Part shown: positions 61,401 to 64,000 of the stretch, in pieces
How the letters are laid out: every line of letters starts with the position of its first letter
Position numbering within the stretch: the stretch's first letter is position 1
From: Antedon mediterranea
Lineage: Eukaryota; Animalia; Echinodermata
Assembly (NCBI RefSeq): GCF_964355755.1
Contig: NC_092678.1
Span: forward strand, 24,011,365 to 24,075,364
Direction of reading: 5' to 3'
DNA: 64,000 nt
Notes under the pieces: generated by a model
The model's database searches: none
Told to the model about the DNA's origin: nothing
What the model saw: the letters and a program-made list of their open reading frames with translations, nothing else
Position numbers and translations under genes: made by a program

Positions 61401-63512
61401 AGTACATTAAAAAAAAATTACAATATAATGATGATTTTTTTTATTTATTTATTCCACATTTATTTAGTCATCAATTACAGTACATCATAATTACAGTACA
61501 ACTGAAAACAGGGATCCTGCATAAAACAGCTGTAGCTTCGTTTTTTTGTAGGACCCTTTTACATAAGAACAAGTATATAGAACTTAAATAAACAAAGGTG
61601 TTGTTAATCAGCATATAGTAATAAAAAGTATTTTTGCCCTGTTTCTTTATACATTTATTTTGTTTCTTTAAGATAACCGGTTTATTACCACCATTACAAG
61701 TGAATGATGATGTGAAGTATAACCATGGTATAACTAAATAATATTTAAAGAATTGGAATGCATTTGTGTTCACATCCAGTATGATGCCGCCGTGTGTTTT
61801 TTCCCATGAAATGCCTTCGATATTTTATTTATGTAGATAATCTTAAAGCTAGCTCTGCTTGCCGTAATGTTGGTGTAAAATATTGCCAACATGACATATT
61901 TATGTCATGTTGGCAATAAAAATAAAGGTAAAAAATAAGAAAGTATTATTTCTCCATTACAGGTACATTTTTCTTATATGCTGGACTTTCAACGTTAGGC
62001 CTGTTGTTTATGGTGACGTTACTGCCAGAGACCAAAGGGAAGCGTCTTGAGGACATCCAACGACTATTTGATCGGCCATGTATACTATGCGTGTCAGATG
62101 ATGAAACGCCTGATGTACGTTACGTAAGAGTAGCACCACGTCGGGATGCTGATGGATCCGATGGTACGTCATAAAGTAATTAGTTTAATTGATGAGCTGT
62201 TGTGTCGTCAAATTAATATCAAGATACATTAAGTATAATTTACTTTGTTGATATGATTTATCATATTTTTAGTTTTTTATATATTTTGAATTCTTCTATT
62301 GACAGCATTTTGCCTACTTGTAATTTTCTATGCTTTTTTTGTACTAAATTGTATTTAAAATCCTTTTTGTTAATTGATTATGGTGTAAAAACATCAACAT
62401 TTTGGATGTTTTTAGTCCAAATTTATTTAAGAAGTATTATATAATTCTTCATTTCACGGTGGCACTGTAGTTTGTTTGCTAAAATGCTTGCTTAAATAGT
62501 CAAGGGTCGGGGTTCAAATCCTGATTGCAACTTTACTGTTGGATATGACAAAACAAACAAGAATAGAAATATTAGCATAAAGTAATATTAGCACTTATTA
62601 AACCTTTTAAAAATAAAAGACTTATGACCTGTATGCATGAAAGAAGATATCTGAAACGTGCTAACCTTTGACCTTATTTCGCTTTTGCCTTGCACTCATT
62701 TGCTTGATAAAAGATGATGGTAGGGTTAGTGTTCTGCGACACCAGCCTTATAGCAGTTACTATGGTACCTTACACTGACAAGCTAGGTAATAGTGTTCAA
62801 GTTTTTAGACATGCATGGTTGATTCCTAAACCTATTTTAGTGTTCTAATTTATGGCATGCATTTTTATTTGTCACAAATACTTTGAGAGGTTTGCTGTTC
62901 AGTATAATAATTTCCTTATCCTTAGAAATATTAATTATTTTACGCTGTGGTGAAATGTTAAGATTGGTTTAACTTTTATGGTTTTTTTTTTTTTTTAGTA
63001 GATTCCCCCAAACTGTTTTAGTTAATTAACCATCATGTGAAACCAAAATGTAGTTTGTCTACCAGTTGCATGCTACAGAATATAGATCTAGAATAATCTG
63101 CCAACCTGCTGATGATTGCAAAATAAAATAAGAACAAGTGTATCTAGTATAGTAGCACCTACTGGTTATCATAATCAAACATGTTTTCTGTTGATCGATT
63201 ACAGTTGGTCACCAGGCTTTAATTGGTCCAACTACCTTGATATAAAATCCTCGAAGGAGAAAATGAATGATATTGAGATTCAAGCGCGTGTGTCCAAATA
63301 TATAATAAAATCCTCCTTCACTTTGATTATACAGGAATTACCAGTGTAATAATAATTGGTATGCATGTAACAACTCCATTTTTAAGTAGTTTTTTGAAGA
63401 TGATTTAATAAACTTGTTTAAACGTATATTTTCAGAGGTTCGGCAACACTTACTTCAAGAAGAGGAGGAAGATGACGATGAGGTTGATACAAGATATCCT
63501 GTCAGGAGTTAA
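52500..63512 (+). CDS. SLC2A13: Proton/myo-inositol cotransporter (sugar porter family, HMIT-like)
   Basis: Exons 52500-52914, 53263-53422, 54048-54259, 54932-55043, 56487-56650, 59478-59580, 59991-60199, 61129-61281, 61963-62163 (or stop at 62174), and a probable last exon 63436-63512. Motifs [45 protein letters not shown], the HMIT-type Cys-rich loop [26 protein letters not shown]. Confidence 0.9.
53601..53732. mobile_element. MITE family A, partial, with an internal 20-bp triplication
   Basis: Left TIR plus (GCCCAAATATGGTAGTGATAT)x3. Another partial copy lies at ~54310-54392. Confidence 0.65.
55222..55379. mobile_element. MITE family A
   Basis: Both TIRs present. Further copies at ~57813-57932 and a TIR-only 34-bp remnant at 59658-59691. 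Confidence 0.8.
58542..58953. mobile_element. P-element-like MITE in an SLC2A13 intron
   Basis: ~32-bp TIR CAAAGAACTTATA(A/G)CACAAGAATCTCCTGTTC; 7-bp direct repeat GTCACAG on both sides; internal ~85-bp tandem duplication. Confidence 0.75.
60236..60861. mobile_element. TTAA-target (Kolobok-like) non-autonomous DNA transposon
   Basis: TTAA|AGCCCCATTCCCTAC ... GCAGGGAAGGGGTCT|TTAA: imperfect ~15-bp TIR starting AG, with a TTAA TSD. Confidence 0.7.
60896..60968 (+). mobile_element. Degenerate tRNA-derived SINE head
   Basis: A-box-like TAGCAAGGTGG and B-box-like GGTTCAATCC. A more decayed relative lies at ~62461-62530 (GGTTCAAATCC). Confidence 0.45.
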
Positions 63513-63589
63513 TCATATTATTACCTGTTTCTGTTCATCAGTACTTTGTTTGTAATTGTGTCTGTCAGCAATGTATTCAGTTGTGTTAA

Positions 63590-64000
63590 AGCATATCCAG
63601 GGATGTCAGAAAAATCCAGGGGTCTTCAAAGGATATCCAGGGATGTCAGAAAAATCCAGGGGCGTTCAAGGCATATCCAGGGATGTCAGGAAAAATCCAA
63701 GGGTCTTCAAGGCATAACCAGGGATGTCAGGAAAAATCCAGGGGTCTTCAAAGCATATCTAGGGATGTCAGAAAAATCCAGGGGTGTTCAAGGCATATCC
63801 AGGGATGTCAGGAAAAATCCAAGGGTCTTCAAGGCATAACCAGGAATGTCAGAAAAAATCCAAGGGTCTTCAAGGCATAACCAGGAATGTCAGAAAAAAT
63901 CCAGGGTCTTCAAGGCATATCCAGAACAATCCAGGTGTCTTCAAGACATATCAAGGGATGTCAGCAAAAAATCCAGAGGTCTTCAAGACATATCGAGAGA
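63590..64000. repeat. ~40-43-bp minisatellite running to the window end
   Basis: Unit CCAGGGATGTCAG(G)AAAAATCCAGGGGTCTTCAAGGCATAT. Confidence 0.92.

Noticed and set aside
63546-63880. Repetitive ORFs at the window end
   Set aside because: Derived from the ~41-bp minisatellite.

Overview
AT-rich eukaryotic (animal, probably invertebrate) genomic DNA with GT-AG intron-containing genes; there is no prokaryotic operon and no CRISPR array. Gene order: (1) the 3' part of a SAMD9/SAMD9L-like STAND NTPase, uninterrupted in the window and starting upstream of it (+); (2) a 15-exon SLC26/SulP anion transporter (+); (3) a 19-exon PHF2/PHF8/KDM7 PHD-JmjC demethylase (-); (4) two tandem laccase-type multicopper oxidases (+), from a segmental duplication whose junction (~36.72 kb) is readable; (5) POLR1G/RPA34 (-), head-to-head with (6) CCDC115/VMA22 (+); (7) an SLC2A13/HMIT-like transporter (+). 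Non-coding DNA holds many MITEs (two Harbinger-like families, plus P-like, Kolobok-like and Tc1-like copies), a HINE-like element carrying two tRNA-Val-like copies, a truncated LINE and several minisatellites. The best leads are: laccase paralogues that are near-identical except for different membrane anchors (GPI-type versus transmembrane); a SAMD9-like protein with an extra C-terminal Cys4 module; tandem repeats seeded at splice donors; and an intronic tRNA-like cassette inside a ~120-bp hairpin. Exon coordinates were read by hand. Family assignments come from recognised motifs, not database searches.
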